64,000 nucleotides of DNA from a phage. The first letter of the stretch is position 1; each line of letters starts with the position of its first letter. The translations under genes were made by a program, and so were the position numbers. Positions 20,451-30,037 of the stretch are shown piece by piece. The DNA is taken from the sequence record PZ445530.1. One strand, 5' to 3'. The notes beneath the pieces were generated by a model that saw only the letters and a list, made by a program, of their open reading frames with translations, did not search any database and was not told the DNA's origin.

Positions 20451-21350
20451 ATGGCAAATCTTAACAGTTTTAGTACGCGGTGGAAACAGGACATAACAAC
20501 CAATCTTTCAGCTGGGGACATCCTTTCTGCAATTTACGAGGCTTTAGATGATAAAGCTACTTCAAAAGCGGTTTGTACCAACCCATTAATTCCTATAGTG
20601 ATGAAGGTTATTGAGCGTAGATTGGTATCTGGGTCTAATAAGTGGACATATTTAGATAATGAAGGACACACCTATTCCAATGGGTATGTCGATATAAAAG
20701 TAGAATACGCGGTATCATACCGCCGGAGCGGTTCTGTAACTTTCAACTTCTCTGGAGGTTTTCGATCTCTGGCTACCTCACCTTTTGTTTCCTCAGAGGA
20801 GAAGTATGAGCTGCCATTTCTTTGGATGATGGCTAACGCGACAGGAAAAACCCCCGTTAGCATCCGAGTAAAATACAACTACAACGGATCTAGTAAGATC
20901 TATGCCGAAAGTGTCTCAGCAAGTTTTTATTTTGTGATGGGGGATGGAATCCTCAAACATATAAAGATGTGCGATATGCATGATGTTATAAATGAAGTGA
21001 CTGATAAGAATGTTCTAGTGAAAGACCTCAACAATTTTTATACACCCGGAGACTATTACGTCAGCCGTCCACTGTGCATCTTTAATGCCGCACACCCTCT
21101 AGGTGAGTATTTGATCGCCAATAGCGATATTGCCAATAACCGCTTCGAGGTAGCAAGAGTTCAGAATGAGGTATTGACATCTTGCAAGAGCGGTGATAAG
21201 TTTACCGAAGAAGAGATGGGTGTTTTAGAAATGATGGGATATAAGTGTAGCCTTTGGGTAGATGAGGTGTTCAATGATTGCATCTATGGACAGGATATTT
21301 ACCCATTAAAGAAGTATACTGATTCCAGTTTAATTTACGCGGAGATTTGA
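20451..21350 (+). CDS. hypothetical protein (299 aa)
   Basis: RBS taggagc before ATG. Confidence 0.55.
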   Translation: MANLNSFSTRWKQDITTNLSAGDILSAIYEALDDKATSKAVCTNPLIPIVMKVIERRLVSGSNKWTYLDNEGHTYSNGYVDIKVEYAVSYRRSGSVTFNFSGGFRSLATSPFVSSEEKYELPFLWMMANATGKTPVSIRVKYNYNGSSKIYAESVSASFYFVMGDGILKHIKMCDMHDVINEVTDKNVLVKDLNNFYTPGDYYVSRPLCIFNAAHPLGEYLIANSDIANNRFEVARVQNEVLTSCKSGDKFTEEEMGVLEMMGYKCSLWVDEVFNDCIYGQDIYPLKKYTDSSLIYAEI

Positions 21351-21352
21351 CT

Positions 21353-21625
21353 ATGATGAAGTCATGTGGTAGTGTATATTATGTTGGTGAGAATGTTCAG
21401 GCAGATAGTGTGTGGAAATCCATTAAGTCCACCACCGATGATGCCTTTCTGAGCGGGTTATGTTTTCCCAGCCCAGGGGACACTCTCCCTTACCCTGGAG
21501 ATTTTGTTGTCAACAAGATGGACGGTTATACCGTGTGCCTGATGGTTGAAAAAATCTTTTTAGACACTAGACACAATCACCGTCTTGTGTTAAAATTTCA
21601 AGAATGTAAAATGACAATTGCCTAA
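21353..21625 (+). CDS. hypothetical protein (about 90 aa)
   Basis: First in-frame ATG of track ORF 21347-21625. Confidence 0.45.
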   Translation: MMKSCGSVYYVGENVQADSVWKSIKSTTDDAFLSGLCFPSPGDTLPYPGDFVVNKMDGYTVCLMVEKIFLDTRHNHRLVLKFQECKMTIA

Positions 21626-21638
21626 GGAGACCTTGCCG

Positions 21639-21995
21639 ATGTCTAAAGTTACTTATCGTGCAGCTATTTACTGCAATGAACACCCAATCAATAATGATGG
21701 TCACTGCCTTTTTAAAGAAAATCAATTGGGCTGTATTGTCCTCCCTGATGAAGGGGAAGGTTATCTGATTGCGTTGACAGGGTTTGAACCTGAAGCTCTG
21801 GAAGCCAATCTTGACTACCTGGTAGAGGAGGGTGCTGCAGACCTGGTTGCCAATGGCCTCTCCATAAGCCTTGACGAAGTGGAGCGCTTCATGGGCAATT
21901 ACCGTGTAGTGCGTGAGTTTACTGTCGAGATGGAAACTCCCGAGTGGGGTAGCCATGAAACTAATGCCGAAGAAAAAGAAGAGGAGGTAGAATAA
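21639..21995 (+). CDS. hypothetical protein, N-terminus MSKVTYRA
   Basis: AAGGAG RBS 7 nt before ATG at 21639 (track start 21618 is an upstream alternative). Confidence 0.5.
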   Translation: MSKVTYRAAIYCNEHPINNDGHCLFKENQLGCIVLPDEGEGYLIALTGFEPEALEANLDYLVEEGAADLVANGLSISLDEVERFMGNYRVVREFTVEMETPEWGSHETNAEEKEEEVE

Positions 21996-22252
21996 TGAAA
22001 GTGCAGATCTTGACTAATGCCGAGAAGATGTTTATTGAAGATACACCTTTTGAAGCTGGTGAGCTACAGTTCGTTTATTTTGTTGACTTAGATAAGGTGT
22101 TTCCTGCACTGAATCTAGGTTTGGATGAAGTTCCTCATAAGGTTTTGTGCCAAGTTGTTCGTGCCTTAGCGGCAGAGGGGGAGTTCCACACCCTTCAAGA
22201 TATCCAGACCTACGGGTATCTTGAACTACAACGAGAAGAAGAGGTGGACTGA
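21995..22252 (+). CDS. hypothetical protein (85 aa)
   Basis: GAGGAGG RBS; ATGA overlap with upstream stop. Confidence 0.45.
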   Translation: MKVQILTNAEKMFIEDTPFEAGELQFVYFVDLDKVFPALNLGLDEVPHKVLCQVVRALAAEGEFHTLQDIQTYGYLELQREEEVD

Positions 22253-22254
22253 TA

Positions 22255-22635
22255 ATGGCTCAGTGGAAGACAACAGTTGACCTTCATGATCAGTGGTTAG
22301 GACGCATCACTGAAGACGGGAAGCTAGTGGAGTGGGACAATAAGCATGTTAGCGAGTTGGCAAGTATTGTGGCTGGCAAGTTACGCTCCAAGTTCCCTGA
22401 ACAACTGGATCCTGATAGTTCAAAGTTCGATCCTGAGTTAGAGGATGTTGTATACTACTTCGACACCGTTGATGACTACGACGCGTGGTTTGCAGCACGG
22501 GAGCTTTACCCACAAGGCTCTGCTATGCGCCAGATGGAAGAAGATTATCCTCCGTGTGAGCAATTCAATAGTGCAATGACTTGCCTCTATGATTGGGCAG
22601 ATAAGAACCTTGTCTGGATTCGGACTGCATTTTAG
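22255..22635 (+). CDS. hypothetical protein (126 aa)
   Basis: ORF in track with upstream GAGG. Confidence 0.5.
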   Translation: MAQWKTTVDLHDQWLGRITEDGKLVEWDNKHVSELASIVAGKLRSKFPEQLDPDSSKFDPELEDVVYYFDTVDDYDAWFAARELYPQGSAMRQMEEDYPPCEQFNSAMTCLYDWADKNLVWIRTAF

Positions 22636-22679
22636 TGGGCAGGAATGGCGGCAAGGATGCTGCTTAAGGAGTGGTAGAG

Positions 22680-22949
22680 ATGTTATACCAGCAATATGAA
22701 CTTCGTGCAGAAAAAGAGTTAAATTTTGACAAAGATATTCACAGATATTATTATGGGAAAGTTAGAGGGCAAGCAAGAAAGTGTACTCCAACACTCTTTT
22801 ATGCCAGCAGACGACTAGCGCCAGAAGAGGCAACAGCAGAAAGGGTTGCGTACAACTGGAGAGTCACGTATGATATTGACAGATTCGATATGATATCTGT
22901 TTTGGAAAACTTTGAAAACACTTACACACAAGTAGAGGACTTTTACTAA
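22680..22949 (+). CDS. hypothetical protein (about 89 aa)
   Basis: ATG after aaggagtgg within track ORF 22671-22949. Confidence 0.45.
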   Translation: MLYQQYELRAEKELNFDKDIHRYYYGKVRGQARKCTPTLFYASRRLAPEEATAERVAYNWRVTYDIDRFDMISVLENFENTYTQVEDFY

Positions 22950-24133
22950 TGTCAAGAAACGTATTCGAAAGTGGTCAAATCACTGTCCGTGAGTTGCCAG
23001 CTATTATTCAGTTTGCCCAACGTCATAGCCGATCTGTCCTAATTTTGGGACCAATGGGTGTGGGTAAAAGCCAGGTGATGAAGCAGATCGCTGATAATAT
23101 GTTCGGTGAGCGAGATGACAACCTTGTTGACGTGCGACTGTCAGATAAAGATCCTGCCGACTTATCTGGGCTACCTATCCCTGTAGAAGCGGATGGAACT
23201 ACACGTACAGTGTTTGCAATTCCAGAATTTTGGCCTGCGGATCCTGACTGGAGCGGAATTATCTTTCTGGATGAGCTCACTCATGCAGATAACTACCTGC
23301 AAAAGGTTGCAATGCAAATTATGCTTGACCACAAGTGCGGCACCTATGCATTCCCTAAGGGTTCTGTTTTTGTGGCTGCGGGTAACCGTTCTACAGATGG
23401 TGCGGTTCTTTCGGCGCTCGAAGCCCCTCTGGCTAACCGTTTTATCATTGTAGAGGTTACAAGCAATGCAGAGGTGTTTATTGAGGACTACGCATTCCTC
23501 AACGGGGTTCACTCCTCTGTAATTGGGTATCTGAAAAGAGTTCCATCAGCTATTGATAATTATGAGGCTATGGCTGAGATTAATTGTCCATCTTTTGCCA
23601 CACCACGATCTTGGGTTGCTGCATCTGACATCTTGCACGATTTTGACAGCGGTATTATTTCTGACGCTATGGCCCGTGTTCTTCTACAAGGTGCTATTGG
23701 TCACACTGCAGCGGTAGAGATCTGGACTTACCACACCAAGAAACGTAATTTACCGGAAATCGGTCGGATTATGGCAGGTGGCTGCAAAGAATACGTAGGT
23801 CCTAAGCAGCCAGACATTTTGTGGATTCTTGGATCTGAAGGTTGTATCGCTATTCGCAATATGATGGAAAATGCAAGTATCTCCGACGAAGATCTTGTTA
23901 GCTGTGTGGCAAACTTCCTCGATTTCCTTTGGGAAAATTTCAAGGACGAGAACCGAGATTTTGTATTCTCAGTCTTTATGGCGATGATGAAACCTAACGC
24001 CTTAGGAAATGCCTTGCTTATCGGTAAAGGGCGTGACAAGATTGTTGCTCAGTTGATCAAAGCATATCCAAACCTGATGAAGATTGTAAAAGAGTTTGGT
24101 GAAGAGTTTAGCGCCATTTTGGCTAAAGCTTAA
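22949..24133 (+). CDS. AAA+ ATPase (MoxR/CbbQ-like)
   Basis: Walker A GPMGVGKS, Walker B IIFLDELTHA, sensor-1 AAGN, Arg finger LANRF. Confidence 0.7.
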   Translation: MSRNVFESGQITVRELPAIIQFAQRHSRSVLILGPMGVGKSQVMKQIADNMFGERDDNLVDVRLSDKDPADLSGLPIPVEADGTTRTVFAIPEFWPADPDWSGIIFLDELTHADNYLQKVAMQIMLDHKCGTYAFPKGSVFVAAGNRSTDGAVLSALEAPLANRFIIVEVTSNAEVFIEDYAFLNGVHSSVIGYLKRVPSAIDNYEAMAEINCPSFATPRSWVAASDILHDFDSGIISDAMARVLLQGAIGHTAAVEIWTYHTKKRNLPEIGRIMAGGCKEYVGPKQPDILWILGSEGCIAIRNMMENASISDEDLVSCVANFLDFLWENFKDENRDFVFSVFMAMMKPNALGNALLIGKGRDKIVAQLIKAYPNLMKIVKEFGEEFSAILAKA

Positions 24134-24142
24134 GGGGGTTGT

Positions 24143-24523
24143 ATGGCTAAAGTAGGTAAGCGGGGAAACTACCTGGTGGTATTGACCGAGGAGCCGGAGA
24201 AGGAGTACGAATGCAGCTCCACTTGCGTGATCGATATCCGAGAAAAGGATGTGGATGAAATCTGGTTTGAAATATTAGACGCTTGCGACAGCAGTGATTA
24301 TTTCTTCATCTATGTCAACGATAAGGCTGGATTCTTCCATGACGACGGAGAGTTGCCGTATGAAATCTATGAACTTGTAGAGGCTTGCCATCGTGGAGAT
24401 GCGGAGTTGTTTGGCCTACGGCTGAAAAGCGGTAAATTCTTCTATCAAGATGAGTGCATGAATCTTCATAACTTTGTAGAGGGAACTTGCAACGATGGAG
24501 AGATTTTGGCACACTACGATTAA
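24143..24523 (+). CDS. hypothetical protein (126 aa)
   Basis: RBS aaggggg before ATG. Confidence 0.5.
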   Translation: MAKVGKRGNYLVVLTEEPEKEYECSSTCVIDIREKDVDEIWFEILDACDSSDYFFIYVNDKAGFFHDDGELPYEIYELVEACHRGDAELFGLRLKSGKFFYQDECMNLHNFVEGTCNDGEILAHYD

Positions 24524-24535
24524 TTTCTAAGACCT

Positions 24536-24560
24536 CCCCCGCTTCGGCGGGGATTTTCTA
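24536..24560 (+). terminator. intrinsic terminator
   Basis: CCCCGC-TTCG-GCGGGG hairpin followed by ATTTTCTATTT. Confidence 0.55.
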
Positions 24561-24572
24561 TTTGGAGTCATT

Positions 24573-25073
24573 GTGAAAATTAAGATCTTTGCTATTATTT
24601 TGAGCGCACTTTTATCGCTGCCTGTTGTTGCAGCACCAAAACAAAAAGTATATCATACTTGCAAGCCATCAGATACTAAGGAAAACATTCTGGCATGCAA
24701 TATCTACAGGGAAGCTAGAGGAGATGGCACGATGGGTATGCTGGCATCTGGGTTTGCCACACTAAACAGGAAATCCCACCCTAAATACCCAGACACTATA
24801 AGAAAGATTGTCTACCAACCTAACCAGTTTTCGTGGACAAACCACGGCAAAACTTTTAAGGTGACAGAAAAAGATTCATGGGATCACGCTAAAAGTCTTG
24901 CAAAGATGCTTCTAAAGGTCTATAATAACAACCATGTTGCATACATGGCTATGGACATAACAGGTGGAGCAACACACTACCATACAACCAAAGTACGACC
25001 GAAATGGGCAAAAAAGATGCAGAGGACAGCTCAATTCGGGAGCCATATCTACTACAAGGAGCGCAATAAATGA
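24573..25073 (+). CDS. secreted cell-wall hydrolase, SleB/CwlJ-like (candidate endolysin)
   Basis: GTG start after GGAG; N-terminal signal peptide MKIKIFAIILSALLSLPVVAAP; CNIYREARGDG resembles SleB-family motif. Confidence 0.5.
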   Translation: MKIKIFAIILSALLSLPVVAAPKQKVYHTCKPSDTKENILACNIYREARGDGTMGMLASGFATLNRKSHPKYPDTIRKIVYQPNQFSWTNHGKTFKVTEKDSWDHAKSLAKMLLKVYNNNHVAYMAMDITGGATHYHTTKVRPKWAKKMQRTAQFGSHIYYKERNK

Positions 25074-27052
25074 TCGTAAACAGTAATGAAACTAAAGCGG
25101 TACTAACCGGGAATATGGAGGTCACCAGGGGCTCAATTTCTCTGAACAAAGAGACTTTTGGGCTAATCATTAAAGGGATTTACGAAGATAAGGTGCTGGC
25201 AAGCTGCCGTGAACCAATCTTCAATGCCGTGGACTCCCATGTTGAGTCTGGACGGGGTGATGTACCGATCATTATTCACTCTCCTACAGACCTTGAACCA
25301 TACTTCTTTGTGCAGGACGTTGGATTGGGCATGTCAGAAGAGATGGTCCGCAACACTTTCATGAACCTCGGGGAGTCAACCAAGCGCAACAGCAACGCTC
25401 TGGTAGGTAATAAAGGTGTTGGTTCAAAGGCTCCGTTCAGCATGGTGGACACTTTCGATGTTATCAGTGTGCACAATGGTGTTGAAAGCACATATCTATT
25501 GTTCTTGGATCAGGGTATCCCAAACGTTACCAAGATCCGTGAGCGGAAGACTGAAGAGCACAACGGGGTAAAAGTTCAGTTCCATGTTAAGAAAGAGCAT
25601 GTCCTGAAATATCGCACTGCTATTGCATCGTGCTTACGCTATGCGAAGTTTCCGTTCATCGTCACCGATCCTATGACCAGTAAGATGTTAGAAGGTGACA
25701 AGGTTGAGGCACAGTATCATTACGAGAAGGATGGCTGGAAAATGACCATCCTGAAAGGTTATACCAGTTCTGATGAGAGCCGTGTTGTGATGGGTCACCA
25801 ACCTTACCGCTCCAAGTTCCTGGAGACATTGACCGATTACCCTGCAATCTGCGTGGAAATTCCTATTGGGGATTGCAATATTAACCCTGGGCGTGAATGG
25901 ACCATAGAGGGCCATGACGACGGTGGATTCCAGGATCGCCTGGAGGCCTTTGTCAAAGAAGGTATACGTCTTCGCGGGGCAGAAGTTGTTGCAGAACTGG
26001 AGACGGCAAAAACCTCCGCAGAAGCACGTGAAATGATGAAGAATAGTGGAGTGTTCGGACACATCTTCGGCAAAAACTTTATGTGGAACCGTTGGGAAGA
26101 AACAGGGCTTGGCGACTTAGGCGATTGTGAAATTTTCGCTGGCGGCTTAAATAAAGGCCGCATAGGCTATGCTCGTTACGGAAAGTCGGAGTTCTTACGA
26201 GGTGTATACCTTGTATTTAACGACGGAGACGGCAAATATAACCGGAATAAGTGTAACTACTTAAGCGAGATCACCGGACGCAACGTTTTCTATTGCCGGA
26301 ACACGGATCTGGTGAAAGAGTTTAAAGAGGCGGCACACCATCCGTTCTTTGCAGATACGGTCAAATTGTTATCGGAGCTTCCACGCCGACCTGCGAAGAA
26401 AGGTGAAACCAAAACTCGTTACGAGCCAGGCTACTGGGTTAAGAAGCTTAGAGAGGATGGCTACTTCCATCGTGAGCGCCTCACGAAGGCAGAGTTCAAG
26501 AAGATTAAGCATTGCATCCCTTATGAGGGGGATATCCAACGGGGAAGCTGCTGGCTGGGCCAGATGAGTAACATCTACCAGCAAAATTATGACCGTGTGC
26601 GTGCTGCACTCCAGATTCCTGAAGGTGAAGATCTGTACCTGGTATCAGAATCTCGTCTGCTTTGGACTGATCCTGATTGCCAGTATGTTACAGAGAAGAA
26701 TGTGGAACATTTGTTGAAAGAGGATGCTTGGAAATTCTTACTGACTCGCGCAGCAAATGAAACTTCATATGACAGCCTGTATAGACAATTAGGGAAAATT
26801 ATCCCCATGCAGGATTTTGGAAATTATCGGCCACATTTCCACAAGTGGGAAGGTAACACCGCGTGGAAGCACAGTGAGCTAAATCATCGTGCCAAAATCT
26901 TAATCGCCAACCGAGTTAAATGCGGGAAGGCCTATATTGCAAGATTGGAAAAGAAATACCCACTTTTGAAGCATGTAGGCTTGAAATATTGGGACACCCC
27001 TGCTATGATTGAATACCGTGAGCTGATTGATACAAAGAATAACACCAAATAA
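25070..27052 (+). CDS. rIIA: rIIA-like protein with GHKL (histidine-kinase-like) ATPase domain
   Basis: N-box NAVDS, G1-box QDVGLGM, G2-like GNKGVGSKAPF; size 660 aa and position before a second large ORF as in rIIA/rIIB pairs. Confidence 0.55.
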   Translation: MIVNSNETKAVLTGNMEVTRGSISLNKETFGLIIKGIYEDKVLASCREPIFNAVDSHVESGRGDVPIIIHSPTDLEPYFFVQDVGLGMSEEMVRNTFMNLGESTKRNSNALVGNKGVGSKAPFSMVDTFDVISVHNGVESTYLLFLDQGIPNVTKIRERKTEEHNGVKVQFHVKKEHVLKYRTAIASCLRYAKFPFIVTDPMTSKMLEGDKVEAQYHYEKDGWKMTILKGYTSSDESRVVMGHQPYRSKFLETLTDYPAICVEIPIGDCNINPGREWTIEGHDDGGFQDRLEAFVKEGIRLRGAEVVAELETAKTSAEAREMMKNSGVFGHIFGKNFMWNRWEETGLGDLGDCEIFAGGLNKGRIGYARYGKSEFLRGVYLVFNDGDGKYNRNKCNYLSEITGRNVFYCRNTDLVKEFKEAAHHPFFADTVKLLSELPRRPAKKGETKTRYEPGYWVKKLREDGYFHRERLTKAEFKKIKHCIPYEGDIQRGSCWLGQMSNIYQQNYDRVRAALQIPEGEDLYLVSESRLLWTDPDCQYVTEKNVEHLLKEDAWKFLLTRAANETSYDSLYRQLGKIIPMQDFGNYRPHFHKWEGNTAWKHSELNHRAKILIANRVKCGKAYIARLEKKYPLLKHVGLKYWDTPAMIEYRELIDTKNNTK

Positions 27053-27061
27053 GGAGACAGT

Positions 27062-28268
27062 TATGATTTTCATCTACGAACACTTCAAAACTCGTAAAGA
27101 AGCACGCGACCGCCGTGCAGAACTTGAGAAGAAGGGTTTCACATGTGCCATTGAGAAAGGCGACACAACCTGGACACTGGCAGTTGGTGCCCCAGAGTTG
27201 TTCGATCCTGACCGTGACAGCGTCTGCTACACCCGTGAGGATTTTGAAACCCGTGAAGAGGCCCGTCTATTTCGATATGGGCTGGAAGATAATGGTAAGT
27301 ACGCCATGATCTTAGACTTAGGCGAAGGTTCCGTTAAACGTTGGGGCGTGGTATACCCACTGTGTGTTGTTCACGGTGTGGGGTTCACTGGGGTGGCAAT
27401 CAAGTCAGAAGAACCTTTAGTAGAAGTCAAAGACCCGGTGCTGGAGGTGGTGAGCAGTGTGTCTCAGCAACAGACTCGAAGCATCGAGCCTTTAGTAGTT
27501 ATTTGTGGGGAACTCCTCCAGATCACCTGCAACGAAGGCATTTTTGAAATTCGCCGCAGCGAAAGTGAGGAAGTTTACCAGAAAGTCTTCGACCATATCT
27601 CTGTTCAGGAATATGATGAGGCAATTGGTGAAATCCTTGTCTGGCTGGAACGCAAGAATGAGTTCACCACACTTGCAGACAACCTGATCATGAAAGATGG
27701 TAAGCTCTACTACTACGGTGTAGAGATGCGATCCACCATTGCAAAGAAAATTGAGAAAGACTATGCAGACGGAACACTGGATGACCGCTATGTGAAATTC
27801 CTCGTTCGCCTGCTACGCAATCCTTCTGCAAAATCTGTAAACATGCTCTACGATTTTATGCAGGCCAACGATATCCAGATTGCAGAAGATGGTCGAATCA
27901 TTTGCTACAAAGGGGTTCAGTTTAACGGCAGCAAGTGGGTGGATTGGCACAGTGGTAAAGTTCCACAATACCAGGGTGCTTTTGTATCCATGCCTCGTAA
28001 CTTTGTAGAGGATGATCCTGAAGCTGCGTGCTCCTATGGCTTACACTGCGCCAGCAAGGAGTATGCAAAGAGCTACGGCACTGTAATGACTGTCATGGTT
28101 GACCCTGCAGATGTGGTTAGTGTGCCATACCAACACAATAGCGCTAAGTGCCGTGCATGCCGCTATGAGATTGTGGTAGCTCCGGAAGCACGCAAGGACG
28201 GAGACCCGATTGAATACGTGGTTGACCGAGACGGTAACACTATCGACATTCTTTACGAGGAGGCGTAA
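27062..28268 (+). CDS. hypothetical protein, positional candidate for rIIB-like partner
   Basis: ATG after aaggagac; follows rIIA-like gene; no diagnostic motif recognised. Confidence 0.45.
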
Positions 28269-29638
28269 TGGAAAAAGGGCAGTATGATGTAGGCACAGAT
28301 GCTGCCCTTGTTGCAATCATGAGTGGGGAGAATGTCTTCGTTTCAGGACCCGCAGGTTGTGGGAAGACGTACCTCATCAACATGATCCAGTCAATGTATG
28401 GAGACTCTTGCATAACGGTTGCCCCGACAGGGGTAGCCGCTTTAAACGTTAATGGAGCAACAGCACACCGAACCTTCGATCTTGCAGCAGGTGTGAGCAT
28501 GGAGTCTGACTGGACTGCAATAAGGGCAAAAACAGCAAAGCCTTTGAAAAGCAAGGCATTTACCATCCTAATTATCGATGAAATCTCTATGATCCGTGCT
28601 GATAAGTTTATAGAGATGGATAGGAAACTCCGCTTCCTTCGAAAAAATGACAAACCTTTCGGAGGCATACAGGTCATATTGTTTGGCGATTTTTACCAGG
28701 CACCTCCTGTTGTCTCTTCTATGGAGAAGGAGGCCTACTTCAACTTCTACCACACAGACCTATGTTGCTATACCGAATCTTGGAAAGAGCTGGACCTTCA
28801 CAACATAGCCCTAATAGACCAGTTCCGACAGGAGTCTATTCGATTTGCCACAATGCTCAACTGTGTTCGTGAGGGTCGTCGCATAAAAGAGGTTGTAGCA
28901 GAACTTAATGCTCGCTGTTACAAAGGCGGTGTACCAACAGACGCTCTCACAATTTGCGCCACCAACAAACAAGCAGAGGAAGTGAACAGAAGGTTCTATG
29001 ATGCCATCAACGCCCCAGAGAAGGTATACACTGGTGAAATGAAGGGTAAGTTTCCCTCCACCCTGCCAGTTGAGCAGGAGATGAAGTTGAAAATTGGCAT
29101 GAAAGTTATGATAACCGCCAACGATGTTGACCCGACGCACAAAGTACCTTATTATGTTAACGGAACACGTGCCACAATTGTTAAATTTAAGAACAAGGCG
29201 GTGGTGGTAGAGCTTGAAGATGGAACACAGGTTGACATAGAGCAGAGGTTGTGGGAAAATAACGAGTATAAGCCATCTCAGAGATACAACATTGCAGAAA
29301 GGAAGATGGAGAAGTTTATAGAGAGGGTAGTGATTGGGTCATACAGGCAACTTCCTCTGAAATCTGGGTATGCCGTAACATCTCATAAAAGTCAAGGACT
29401 TACGCTAGATTGTTACAACCTGGACCTTGGAAAGAACGGAGCTTTCTCTCCTGGGATGACGTATGTTGCTTTGAGTCGGGTTAAGACAATACAAGGAATA
29501 AACTTGTTGCGTCCACTAAGAGAAGTTGACATTATTGTTGACCCGCGAGTCGTAGAGTTTTACAATACAACATTCCCTGACTTAGACAAAATTGTCAGGA
29601 AAGATTTTGAAACCAGAGCCGAAGAGGGGGACGTATGA
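28268..29638 (+). CDS. SF1B DNA helicase (Dda/RecD/Pif1-like)
   Basis: Walker A GPAGCGKTY, Walker B LIIDEISM, C-terminal VTSHKSQGLTLD motif. Confidence 0.7.
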   Translation: MEKGQYDVGTDAALVAIMSGENVFVSGPAGCGKTYLINMIQSMYGDSCITVAPTGVAALNVNGATAHRTFDLAAGVSMESDWTAIRAKTAKPLKSKAFTILIIDEISMIRADKFIEMDRKLRFLRKNDKPFGGIQVILFGDFYQAPPVVSSMEKEAYFNFYHTDLCCYTESWKELDLHNIALIDQFRQESIRFATMLNCVREGRRIKEVVAELNARCYKGGVPTDALTICATNKQAEEVNRRFYDAINAPEKVYTGEMKGKFPSTLPVEQEMKLKIGMKVMITANDVDPTHKVPYYVNGTRATIVKFKNKAVVVELEDGTQVDIEQRLWENNEYKPSQRYNIAERKMEKFIERVVIGSYRQLPLKSGYAVTSHKSQGLTLDCYNLDLGKNGAFSPGMTYVALSRVKTIQGINLLRPLREVDIIVDPRVVEFYNTTFPDLDKIVRKDFETRAEEGDV

Positions 29639-29976
29639 GTTTGTGGAGAAATATAGTTAACTACGTGTGTGGCAATCCAACTCCTGAAGAGAAGGATGTT
29701 GTGATTCACGATTTTACTAAAAGATCCCGTGAAAAAGATCTACTGTTAACAAAGGTGACTGATAAAGACCCTGCAGTAGGGGACTGGGCAGGTTTTGCGT
29801 TTACATCGGACAAATACACCTTTAACAAAGGTGACTACCTTGTTGTGGATTTTAACGAAGACATTGAGGGTGCTGAACCTTACTATCAGACCCTTATTGT
29901 TGCAGGGTGTGTTGATCTCTCTGCAGGTATGCACAGTTTGATTCTTTTTGAGCTTGACTCTGAAGACCTCCAGTAG
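29635..29976 (+). CDS. hypothetical protein (113 aa)
   Basis: ATGA overlap with helicase stop. Confidence 0.45.
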   Translation: MSLWRNIVNYVCGNPTPEEKDVVIHDFTKRSREKDLLLTKVTDKDPAVGDWAGFAFTSDKYTFNKGDYLVVDFNEDIEGAEPYYQTLIVAGCVDLSAGMHSLILFELDSEDLQ

Positions 29977-30037
29977 TAAGATGTAAGTATAAAGGGGAGG
30001 CACTCCTCCCCACAAAAACTAAGGAGAGCACCAAACG

